Source: Amoebophrya sp. A120 (Eukaryota; Protista; Dinoflagellata). From it: DNA of 64,000 nucleotides. Below are positions 1 through 11,215 of this stretch, piece by piece. Both the position numbers and the translations under genes were made by a program. The first letter of the stretch is position 1. Each line of letters starts with the position of its first letter. The stretch covers positions 9,989,979 through 10,053,978 of the forward strand of contig CAJINV010000003.1 of assembly GCA_905178155.1 (NCBI GenBank), read 5' to 3'. The notes beneath the pieces were generated by a model. That model saw only the letters and a list, made by a program, of their open reading frames with translations. It was not told the origin of the DNA and searched no databases.

Positions 1-1678
1 AATTGAATTGTATACTGAGAGCCGGGATAGTTATGCTCCTGGAAGATCCCTCTGTATAAGAGTTCTCTGCTGGATCTTGATCAGATTCTATGTAAGTAGG
101 CGATCTCGTTTATTTGGTGAGGGTAGATCCTTGAGTGCCTAGGATGAAGATCGAGAACGCCGCGTCTTTCCTGCACCCTTCAGACGTAGTAAGTGCCAAC
201 TTGAAATACGCTATCCAGACGTGTGAGCGCTCAACTTCGTCTCCATACTCAGGGGGATTATGTGGTGCGATACTAGCTGATAGCCGTGTGGCCGCGACTA
301 TTGTAAAAAGCAGCCGGCTTCCGTTTTGAGTTGAAAAAACGAATCCAAAACAGAGCGGCCCAATGAATTCATGCGCTTTTGTCTGCAGCGGCAGCGAAAT
401 CTCGCGGAGTGGTATCTTCCTGCAGCTTCACGTCTTGTGCCTTCGCGGCCTTCTTCCTTCTGCCTCCTCTAGGGCTGCGCCTTGGAAAGGGCGGACTTGG
501 TGTGTCATATATTTTCTATGTGCTATGTTTTTCGCCTTTCGGGCCGGGCCCTTGTCAGCATCTAGCCCAACTTTGGCGTACTTCCGCTTCTTTTTTGTGC
601 TATTGACTAAAGATATGCGCCCCAACAAACATCGCCGGTTTTGCTTTTATCTCCTTGCTTTATTGAGCTTGGGCGCACAGTTGTTTTGCCGCTAAATCTT
701 TGTTGGGTGTCCCTTTTCCGTGTACATTCCGTGCGCAGGGCGCGCTTTCCTCTGTGTTCTCCCGATATTTGCCCGCCCCCCCGGCCGTTCCCGGTGTGCC
801 TCTTCATTCCCCGAGACCGGGGTTCCGGCGCGCTTCACGACGCTGCCCCCTTCCCTTAACACGGGGTCTCTCCTCCCATGCCAATAACTGCGCGCTGCTG
901 TGTTTGGTATACATAAAAATTGACTCGTTTACGCGGCAAGTCGCGGTATGGACGATAAAAAGGGAGACGCTGGCGCTTTTATGAGCAGTTTGGTACTAAG
1001 TACGGCATGCGCATCTTTTGCAGCCACGTCGCAGTGATAAAGGATTGTCGATAGGATGGGGCAGAAGGGTGCTGGTCTACCTTCCAGAACTACAGGTTGA
1101 TTCGCGTACACAGAGATAACGCGGCACAAATCTCCTGTGAGTGTGAGAGGAAGGGACTTCCTTCGTGACATACGCGGCCGCGCGATTAGGCGTAGAGACG
1201 GTAAAGGGATTTCCGCTATTCAGCGACGATTTGCGGACCTCTATCAATTTCAAAAGTGCACGGGCCTTAGAATTGAGGAACTTAGTATATCGCCCAGTCG
1301 TTCTCAATGACAATATATGAAACTTGGGTTGCATGAAAAAGAAAACAGAAGCTGTTACTTCATTTTCTACAGTGTCCAGGTGAGCCATTTCATCTTGACC
1401 ACGGGAAAAGTTCCGCCTTTTTCTCGCCGATGTGCAACGCAGCTCGCCTGCGATAAGAGTTTGTATTTTGGAAATGATATCCATATCGTGCAAGCTATAT
1501 GGAAAGCTTAAGGTCTTGCATTAAGAAGCTTCGTGGGGCAGTCATACTGCTTTAATTCGCGGTAGGTCAGCTTTTCGTACTGGTAACTTTCTTTGTCCTG
1601 GATGAGACGCCCGGTGAAGCCATACAAGGACTACTAGCAAGAGACACTCTTGCACCGGAACCGCAGTACGATGAGGGT

Positions 1679-4090
1679 GTGCGCGATTTGTGGTGCGACG
1701 CGCCAGTGTGTCCGAGGGTGGAGTGGGGCCCTGCGAGAGGCGAGAATGCGGCTGAGACTGCTCTGAAACAGGACAGCCTGTATCTAATCGCTGTGCCTCG
1801 CGTGGGAAATTCTGGGGAAGCGCTCCAGGAGTATCGGAACCGCGTCGATTTCCTCAACCGTTCGACAATCTCTGCGAACAATATGGATACGAGTGCGAAT
1901 CCTGCTGGCACCGACCGAAAATATCTCCACAGCAGGGATAAAACCACGAGGCTGCAACTGCGCCGCTTTCTTTTAGATCGCAAGAGCTCGGGGCGTGATA
2001 TTTTTTTTGTCTCAGGTTTCTCCCCAGTGGCCGACGATCTGATAACGTTTGCGACTTCCATTGTGCACGTAGAAACAGACCTGGGCGGCGGTGTGCAGAA
2101 GGATTTGATTGCGTCGGTGGGGGGGCCTAACCGAAGATTCGTTTTTCGGTACGCCGCTACCGAGGAACTTCTCCGGCCTGACGACGCATCCGTGGATCAC
2201 AACCCTGAAAGAAGTGCGGTGTCAGTTTCTCCCTTGACTGTGTCCGAGCGTCGGCAAATTGGTCAAGAGTTCCACGCAACAACCTCTTCGTTCCTGCAGG
2301 CGTATCTGCCTGACCTCTTTCGGAAGAAGCACCTGCGTAGATTGGTGGGTCAGCTCGAGCAAGATCTCATTGCAGCAGAGGCTCAGGCTGGCCGCTGCCA
2401 GACTACGACAGCGCAGATAGGTAAAAAGAGGAAAGTAGATACGATCGGTGCGGCCCAAGACTCGCTTGCAGTGCCGTCAGACTTCGAGCTAAAGCGTGAC
2501 GGATCTGCGGCGCTTCGGCAAGCAGGTGCAGAAGATGCAAGTCAAGCGCAACGAATCGACACCACGCAGGTCTGGCGCAACTCGGTTAGAGTAGGCACGA
2601 TGCAGTCCTCTTACCGAGATAAAACGATATATAATTCGCAGCGCAAAAACGTCGTCGAGACACCGGATGTACAAATCCTAGTCCAGGAACAAGCCACAGA
2701 AAAGGGACATGGCGCAGCGGAGTTGGACTTCGAAGAAAGTGAGGCCGCTGCAATTCTGCGGACGCTTTTTCGGTGCAGCGATGCGCCGTCGTACGGATTC
2801 CAGAAACTTACCGGGGTAAGGGTTCCTGTGCATTTCGCGGTGCTGCGCGTGCTCTTCGAGCTAGACAGTTATGCGCCGCTTCTGCAGCAGTTCCGCGAGA
2901 ATGTTGTTTCTCCGTTGAGGGTGCAAAGATCACCAGGTTTTGTTCCGGACTGGAGGCCATTGAAGAAACGCACCGTGCCCGCATTTCGTTGGTTCCACAG
3001 CCTGACACCGTTTCGGGCATATACCACGGCGCAAAACAACGACAGTATGAGGCGACAGCTAGGGGGCAGATTCACCACGTTTGATGCAGCGACCACATGT
3101 GCGCCCGCAGCAACACGGTCTGCCCTTGAGCTTCCCGCGGCCACGGTCGCGGTTCCTTGGGGTGCAGATTCCTATCACGTTGAGCTGCTGCGCCGTCGTG
3201 TTCTCTCGTTTGCGCCCATGGTGTATGAGCATGTCGTACGGGTGTGCGTCCGAGCGGATTTGCAGCCCGGAGACTATCTACGAGCGGCGCGTCTTCTTTG
3301 GCTGGTGCAAGGAGGCTCGGGGTTACACGAATCGCCAGACACAAATTATATCCGTGCGCCAGGTGGAGCAGGGCCATGTTCGTCCCGCGACAGAAGATTG
3401 CAGGAGCAAGTTCTTCCTCCAATTGACGGGACTGAGTATCGTATTGTCTGGATAGCGGTCAATGCAGAGACAACGACCGCATTCTGTACGCATGCAGCTC
3501 CTGAAACAGGGCACAAGGTAAAATCAACAAACGGAGATGCAGGGTCACCCTGGCTGATGTGTCCTTGGGAGACGTCCTTACGTAGCGAGATACATGGGCA
3601 GAAAGAGCTTGCGGTTGGCAGCAAAGGAGAGTTGCTCGTACCATATGCGATACGGAGTGCTCCAGGACCAGGAGGCAACCTCACAGAGACTCGGTTTTTC
3701 TGTCAGCCTACAGAAAAAGGTTGCGGGCCGAAAAACAATGACGAACATCCCAATCACGCCTCCCTTTCAGTAGGCGTCTGTTCAGTGTGGAACCCATTCC
3801 TGAACCGGGAAATGCAGGTGGCCTGTCGGGCTGCCGTCGCGAGGACGCGTGAACTGCAACCGATAGCAAGATCATTTGAGGATCTCCAAGAGACAACATC
3901 AGCCACGAGGTTTCGCTCGACACAAGTGCGCACGTGTGCGCTAGCGGGGCCATTGATTGCGCCCTCTTCTATTGGTACCTCACATACACCGAAGCACGTT
4001 CACTCGTCTGACTATCGCCTGCAAATATGTCTGGGTCTGGAAACATGCAAACCGGTGGTCGTGCGCATTTCGGACCACGCAAGAATCTGA
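1679..4090 (+). CDS. Long uninterrupted ORF (803 codons), unknown protein; probably a large terminal exon
   Basis: 2.4 kb stop-free frame in non-repetitive sequence. The frame is open back to about 1556, with candidate AG acceptors near 1565-1570, and the first in-frame ATG is near 1883. No family recognised. Confidence 0.65.
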   Translation: MRDLWCDAPVCPRVEWGPARGENAAETALKQDSLYLIAVPRVGNSGEALQEYRNRVDFLNRSTISANNMDTSANPAGTDRKYLHSRDKTTRLQLRRFLLDRKSSGRDIFFVSGFSPVADDLITFATSIVHVETDLGGGVQKDLIASVGGPNRRFVFRYAATEELLRPDDASVDHNPERSAVSVSPLTVSERRQIGQEFHATTSSFLQAYLPDLFRKKHLRRLVGQLEQDLIAAEAQAGRCQTTTAQIGKKRKVDTIGAAQDSLAVPSDFELKRDGSAALRQAGAEDASQAQRIDTTQVWRNSVRVGTMQSSYRDKTIYNSQRKNVVETPDVQILVQEQATEKGHGAAELDFEESEAAAILRTLFRCSDAPSYGFQKLTGVRVPVHFAVLRVLFELDSYAPLLQQFRENVVSPLRVQRSPGFVPDWRPLKKRTVPAFRWFHSLTPFRAYTTAQNNDSMRRQLGGRFTTFDAATTCAPAATRSALELPAATVAVPWGADSYHVELLRRRVLSFAPMVYEHVVRVCVRADLQPGDYLRAARLLWLVQGGSGLHESPDTNYIRAPGGAGPCSSRDRRLQEQVLPPIDGTEYRIVWIAVNAETTTAFCTHAAPETGHKVKSTNGDAGSPWLMCPWETSLRSEIHGQKELAVGSKGELLVPYAIRSAPGPGGNLTETRFFCQPTEKGCGPKNNDEHPNHASLSVGVCSVWNPFLNREMQVACRAAVARTRELQPIARSFEDLQETTSATRFRSTQVRTCALAGPLIAPSSIGTSHTPKHVHSSDYRLQICLGLETCKPVVVRISDHARI

Positions 4091-7000
4091 TAACTTACTT
4101 CTAACTCAATTCTGACACTACCAAAAACAGCTTCGCCTTCTGGTAAGCTCTTCGAAGCCTTCAAGTTCCATTGTCTAACCCCAATCCAACGCCATATGTT
4201 ACTGATACTGTAAAATCTCTGTTTGGAATTGCCAAGGCACTAGGACGACCCTGATCGTCCATAGCCCCCTCACATTGTTAGCGCGCAGACATTCGCACAC
4301 CCACGCTGAGGCGTGTACACCTGTGCCATCAGTCCTCGCAATTACTACGCTGGAGCTTCGCCTTGCTCTTGGGTTCGAATTGAGAGGTAGATAGTCATAA
4401 TCGCCTCAATTTGAGTGATAGAGCGTTGGCTCTTGTCGTTCGTGGCGCTGCATTGTACTACTTCGAAAAGCATGAGGACCTCAGGCGTTTTTCCTCTATA
4501 ACTTTGGTCACGATAGCGGCAAGGTGCGCGGCGTTTTATCTCCTCGTCGGGGTTCCGTGGTCATCGGGTCCTCGCTTATCATTTTGAAAATTTCTGTCGC
4601 CTTTCAAGACACTGAAAAAGCAAGAGAGCATATGGACTGCTTGGAATGCGAGTGGATTCGTCATCATGGCCGACAGACGAAGTGCCTGGCGCCTTGCATA
4701 TCACAAACAAAATAGTCTGTTGGGATTGGCAGTTTGTTGGTGCTGCACCATCAGAAGTGCGGAACTTCCGAACGGTCGCCACCTTTCCGATAGTCCGATA
4801 CTTCATAATAAGTACGTAATTCACGTACTAGGCAACCTGCATTCGCCCGGACAGCGGCACCGTCGGCGCTCTTTCTCTTTCCAGGAGACTGAATTTTCGG
4901 CGCTGAAGACAAAGACCTTGGCATGCTGAAACAGGCTTTGTATGATCTAAATCTAGTAGATGGGCGATGCCTTTCGAAGTGATTGCGTTCGAGGTAGGAC
5001 CCGACGACCAAGTCAACGCGTGGTGTCTCTTCTTTCTCGCGGTGTTTTTCGCTTTATCAAAACGAATATACAGCAACCCCGATTCCGCGCGCCTGGGAAT
5101 GAGGTCGGTCCCGGACGACATGCGTACGTAGTACAACTAACGCGCATTTGTTTTGCAAGAACAGAGGAGACCATAGATACGTGCTTCGCGGTCCGCTCTT
5201 CTCAACGCGGCACCGAAGCAATGGATGCGAGCATGATTGTTTTGCCATTGTGAAGGTGGGCGAGGGCATTACGAAATCTTAATCGTGCCGGTTTTGTTTT
5301 TTTTAGGAAATTTTGTTTTGTGTAACAACGCAAAGAGATCACGTTCTTGAAATGCGAGGACATGAGAAAGAATGTGGTTGGGTTTGGGCGACTTTTTCGT
5401 TGTCATACACTACTTTGCTTGATAGCAATTGCAAAAATGTGTCGGTGTGAGAAAGTGCGCGCACGCCTTTGTAGTTTGTAGCAAAGAAGTTCTTCAATGC
5501 ATACCGAAGCGCCCCGAATTCATATTCAATGATCCTGCCCGGGCTCATTGTGACTTTCGATGCCCTTGGTGGAGCGTTTTGATTAAAGAAAATATCACCA
5601 CGATGAAGCGTGCTACGTGAGGGTGACTTTTCCGGCAACGGCTTCCAAGGCAAACTCGCCGACCAACGTGCGCCGACGGCAATGCGGTCCGCCGACAGAA
5701 GTTGTTCGACAGATCGGCGGCGCCCAACGCCGTGGATTTGTGCCATATGGGCCGCTCTACAGAGCACCCAACAAAACCGCACCAAAGATACACGCAGCGA
5801 CTCCGCAGCGTGTGGCTGCGATTTTAGGGGAATTTTGGAAGATCGCGCAAGCGATCATTGATTTCTTCGGCAACTTCACACGAAGCATAAGCGGTGGCGC
5901 AGACGCTCAATAAGGAAGAACAAGAAGATAGTTGTAAGCGTAAAACGCACGACAGAGCGCGCCTATTGTTGACTAGTCCTTGTAGCACGGGGCCGATCTT
6001 CCGCTCGTGTTGCTAGCCCTTGGTTGTTCGAGGGGTCCATGCCATTGATTCCTTGAGGAGAACTTTCGCAAGCAAAATTAAGCGCAGAAAGGGGCAATCT
6101 TTCGACCTTTTACCAATGCCCGCCACACAATTAGACGAAAAGCCTTGCACGGGGGTGTGGGTGACCCGGAGAATGCGAAAAAGCGTACAGTGGCCCCATT
6201 TAGGGGAGCTCCCACACATGGGCGCTGCATTGTACGCGGCCGCGGAAGCGCTCTCCTTGTGGCGCTTTTCTTATGCCCAGAAGGAGGCCACACGCACACA
6301 GTAGGCCTCTGTCGGCATCTTATGTCGTCGTTTATGTTCTTTCTAGCCAGCACGGTCGCTGGCCCGTTTCGTTAATCAGGGAAGGCGAGAAAACGTCGCC
6401 GTTCTCACTACCTCCACCTTGGCGGCCGGTTTTGGTAGAGGGGTGGTTACATAGTGAAGCAGTGCGCGGGGCGTCGGGAGCCGTTTGCATTTCGACGCCA
6501 GTACATTTTTGCAGCGCATATTTTGACTCTACGCACGATTGGGGCTCTCATACGGTAGCAGGTATGCGACGTTCTACCCTTCTAAGAGCTACCATGACGA
6601 AACTTGTGTTGCCGGTTCGTGTTGCTAAAAAAGCAGCGCTGCCCGACTGGAATTAGTCGATCATGCGATTATATTCAGTCCTTGCCATGCGCACCGCAAG
6701 CAACTGAATCAGACCTACACGGTAAGCAATGCCTTGCTCAATGACCAGACCACCTGTGCACAATCGGGTCACACGAGTTGAAGTCTCGGTATTTCGTGTG
6801 GGAGCTCTGTTTTTTACCCTGACAATAGCACTGATGGCACTATGGAAACAAAATGTCCTTTCCCCTGCACGCAATTTCCGCTGCGTGCTTTCTTTTTCTG
6901 TGCACGATAATTTAACTGTTTGTATTGCATGAGGGCAATGAGGCAGCCTCTTGTTGCATTGTGCAGTCGACTCTGTAATGCTGTTCGGTCCAGCGCATGT

Positions 7001-8140
7001 GCAGAGGAGAGACCGCAACCGCATATCGTGCTAAACAGGAAGACCACTAGGCGTCTGGCTGGCTTAGGATATGCCTGCAGTCTGAGGTCACATCACAAGT
7101 TGACTTGTGTCGATGTATGATCATGCTATACGAATCTACTTGATCTGTATCTGTAAAATGCACCGGGAAGACTTTTCGTCTCAATAGCGTTTGAAGTATT
7201 TGGTGATGAGTCCGCCACTGCGAGAGCTTCGACCTCCCAGCCAAATGGAAGCGCTACGAATTATCCTGTACGTCGAAGCTGCGCATCTCTTGGAACAACG
7301 TCTTCCGGTCGGTGCCCTTCCGCACGCGTTCGTGCTCGCGTGACGCCTAAGCCTGAGCGTAAGCACGAGAAATTTAGCTCTGCATCATGATCAGCACCAG
7401 CGAAAATAAATGTAGAACCGCGACCGAAGCAGTAGCCGTCCCCGTTGCACTTGCAGCGACAGAAACAGAATGTCCTGCGCCCCTTCGAGCTCGAGGCTGG
7501 CGTCTTCTTTAAGAATCTGAGCATGCCAAATACGTTGATCCGGAGTGAAATCGTAGACGCAGGCAAGGACGCAAAGACTGGAAAAGTTTGCTAGTGCGCC
7601 GTGGCTAATTCTGGCTGACGCAAGAACTAGCTACCGACGGTTCTGCTGTTGTGTTCACTTCCTGGCTAGCATCCTCGAGAACGCGCAGACTTTTTGTATA
7701 TGGGGCAGCACGGCCTTCACGGTGAAAGTCGAGGTGAATAAGTGCGCGCCCCCTGCTCCCCTTTGCGAGTACCTCAAAAGCCCAAAAAGGAGCGCTTTAG
7801 ATGGAACAGCGTAGACCGAGCCGTCGCCCGCAGAAGCGCGCGGCTCCGCTGCGAGACTTTTGAGAAAGAAAGTTTGGCTTGGTCAGTAGGGAGGACCCGT
7901 TCTGTCCGAGCGTCCGCGCGGTTGTTTCGCTTATTCGGGCCGAAGTTCAATTTCCTTTGCGTTTGCCGTTTGTTGCCGTCACGTCTACTTTGACCTATAT
8001 GCTTTGTGGGATCCCGTGGGCAAACGCAGCAGTAGGTGTATCCACAACTAGCGTCGCGCCATTTCTAGTCAGGGACTCACTCGGTGTCGTCTTCTTCATT
8101 TCAAGCCCATTTGTCACAGGATGCGCAAACCTAGCCGTAG

Positions 8141-8850
8141 TATGTAGTGAGGTCGCCGAACGGCTCTAACCTGGCAGCTTTCTTGACAGTAACCGCCAAA
8201 AACGACCGGCAGTTTTCAAGCCTGTAGAGAGTTTTTTTGCCTGGAAAAAATGAAGGCGCGCCAGCCTGTTTGGCTTTGTTGTCAACGAATCGCCGGCGGA
8301 TTCTATCGATCGCCGCTGGATAAAACGACGCAAGGGAGCCGGCAAAAGGGGCGCCCTTCTGAGGCGCCCACCGCCTTGGTTTCTGGCGATATGGCCAAAA
8401 AAACGAGACCAAAATCAGAACAGCGAAGCCACATGGTGCGGCCGCGATTTCGGAGCATTTTGGGCGGCCGCGAAGGCGGCCGCCTTTTCGCCGTTTATAG
8501 AGCCTGGGGAGGTTTGCAAAAAGCGCCGGCGCGAAAAATAAAAACGAAAAAAGAAAAAGCGCGCGACACGCGCGAAGCCAATCTGCATGCTACGGGCCCG
8601 ATTTTCCGTCGGTTCTTGGGCGCCCCCCGTGGCGCCTGGATCGGCCCCATAGCGTCGGGGCTGGCTTCCGGACAGGAATTCCGAAAATTTGCCAAAAAGC
8701 GGCCATGTTTTTCAACCGGCCGCCATGCCGTGCGGCATAACCTTACCCACGGCGGCGTGGCGGGCCCAAAAAAAGCAAAGCCGTGGCCAAGGCAACGGCC
8801 GGCAAGAAAACGCCACCGGCCTCACTACCTCCGCCCCGGCGGCTATATTT
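8141..8850 (+). mobile_element. Non-autonomous Helentron/Helitron2-like element, full copy A
   Basis: Begins TATGTAGTGAGGTC. The inverted copy GGCCTCACTAC is subterminal (8818-8828) and is followed by the hairpin CCGCC-cc-GGCGG and CTATATTT. Colinear with, and highly similar to, 49713-50428. Confidence 0.75.
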
Positions 8851-9920
8851 TGTATAGTTCGCTTCGCTACAGCGCGAACGTCAAATCTCCCTCTGGGATT
8901 TTACGCAGAGATATATGCTCAGAGGATCCGCATGTTCTAACTTACTTGGCAGCCTCCTTGACATAATCGGCGAAGATGCTGGGCCATGCCGAATTATCGG
9001 CGCGATTGTTTCTTTATGCAGACTCACTCGAGAAAGGTGCTGGGAAGCTCAAGCTAGGCAAAGCTAGAGCGTATGCGCTTGATACGTAAATTAAAAGCGC
9101 AAGCGCTCTAATTTTCCGCAGCCAATGCAATCAGCATGCCAACAGGCCGACCTCCCGCCGCTGCGACGGCGCCCGCCGGGAGTCCATAGCAGGCCCACCC
9201 GCCCGGGGGTATTTCTGGAAGAAAATCCGCAAAATATGCGAAATGCCGGCCAGCGTTTTCGCCCGCCGCCAGGCCAAGCGGCCCCGCCTTATCCGCGGCG
9301 GGGAGGTGCGGCGTGCGCAAAAAGTGCGCCGCCCGGCTCACATCGCAGGCGACCGCCTTAGGATAGCACCCGGCGCGCCTTTGCCGGGGCAGGAGAAGGC
9401 GCCGAAGCCATTGTTTGTATATTGGCAGCGCCCACGCCGTCCTGTATGCAAAGAGCCTGCTGCAGCACAAATTGCAAAACCCAAGGCGCTGCTAGATCTG
9501 GAAACCACGTAGACAGGGGGCTCGAAGCAAATACGAGACGAGGGCGCCCGGCAGAGAGCGAACACACCCCAGCGACCAGCATCGGAGGCGCAGCTGGCGG
9601 AAAACCCTTCGGCCCTGCAGCGACAGACACGGTCGCGCCCCCCAAAACTTTTTTGGGTTTTTTACTCGGTGCGCCAATCGGATGTGGAAGCTATGGAACC
9701 GCGACACATGTCGCGCCTGCTCTCTAGTGCCATGTGGGCCCTCGCCTGTTTTATCTCTTCGAAACGCAGCCCGGGCCTTTTTAGGCGGGCGTGTTTGCGG
9801 TGTCGAAGTGTTTGCCAAGCAGCTCAGCACACGCGCTGGTCGAGTGCATCGGCGCGCCATGTTTGTTTTCGTGGCTCCGCCACGTCGGGGGCAATCCAAT
9901 GGGCTGTGCTCCTCTGTCGC

Positions 9921-10750
9921 ATGTAGTGAGGCTACCGCGCGGCCCCAGCCTGGCAGTTCTCTTCGCAGAGACACAGCAACACGGCCGGCAGTCTCCGGGC
10001 TTATGAGAGAGTTCTACAAGCGTACGACCTCAGAAAAGGTCAAGCGCCTCGGCGTGATTGGCTTCGCCTCCAACGGGCTCCGCCGAAGATTGCTGACAGT
10101 CTCGACGATGGCATGCCGGCAGAGGCGTGCCCCGCCCTGAGTTTTGGACTTTTCCGGCGCCCAAAAGAGGGCCCACAGAGGCCGCACGCAAAAGCAAGAC
10201 GGCCCGCGGCTTTTGGGCAGTCGCGAAAGCGGCCGCCCTTTCGCCAGATTGGCTCACCGCAAGCCGCGGCATCTCCGCGAAGCTGGCGCCCTTCAAAAAA
10301 TGGAACGCAAAAAGCAAAAAGCGCGCCGGGCTAATAGACCTGGCCCGCCCGCCAAAGGCCCGGCGTTTTTCCGAATCCCCGGGCCGTGAGGACTGGGCGC
10401 ATGCCATCGAGGCGGGCTTTCGGGGGACCGCACTTAGTGAATTTGCCAAGTTTTTTATTTGCTGGCTGCCATCCCGTTTGGCGTTGGCCAAGCTCCAACC
10501 TGCACATGCACGACTGCGGCCCGCCCCCGCCGCTCGCCCACGCGCGCCCCTTGCCCGCTTCTTGGCGGCGCTTTTCGCGTCGGCGGTCGAGGCGAAGGGG
10601 ACGCAGGAAAGGACCTGCAAGGCGTTTGTTAAGGGGCCTGATTTTGGGTGCTTTGTTATGGCCAAGGTCTGCTCTTCCGGCTCTGCAGCCCGCCGGCCGG
10701 TGCAAGGGAACGGCAGCGACCTTACTACCTCCGCCCTGGTGGCTATGCTT
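9921..10750 (+). mobile_element. Diverged copy of the Helentron-like family
   Basis: 5' ATGTAGTGAGG at 9921; 3' GACCTTACTAC-CTCCGCCCTGGTGG-CTATGCTT at 10718-10750. Confidence 0.55.
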
Positions 10751-10864
10751 GGCATCCTTAGCGAGGCCGGCAGCTTCTTCCGAGGGCTCTGGCTTGTTTC
10801 GCTGCTTTCGGGGCCCCTCCAAGGCCTTTGGTTTGGTTGTTTCTTTATTTTTTGCGGCATCACA

Positions 10865-11215
10865 GAAACTCCGACCCCAGGCCCAGCCCAAGCTTGGCAG
10901 AAGATTCAGTCCCGACCCTGATTTTCATGCTCAAGGCCAAGCGCGAAGCTGAGGCCAATTATACCTCCGCCCGAACTAAGACCGCAGCTTCCAAGTTGAC
11001 GCTGAGGCCCAAGCTTAAGCGCGAAGCAGGGACTCGACCTAAATCGCGAAGTTGAGGCCGAGCCTCTAGCTCGAAGCTGAAACGCAGGCACAGCTATGAA
11101 GTTCGTTGAGAGTGAGGCCGCAGCTCGATGCTGAGGCTCGAACGCAGACTCCTGGTCGAGGGAGTCTCAAACTCGAAACCAAAGCTCAAACCGAAACTCG
11201 ATCGCGAGATGGTTT
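10865..11215. repeat. Degenerate 6-bp-period low-complexity repeat
   Basis: GAAGCT/GAGGCC/GAAACT-type hexamers; a similar tract occurs at about 55105-55300. Confidence 0.5.
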
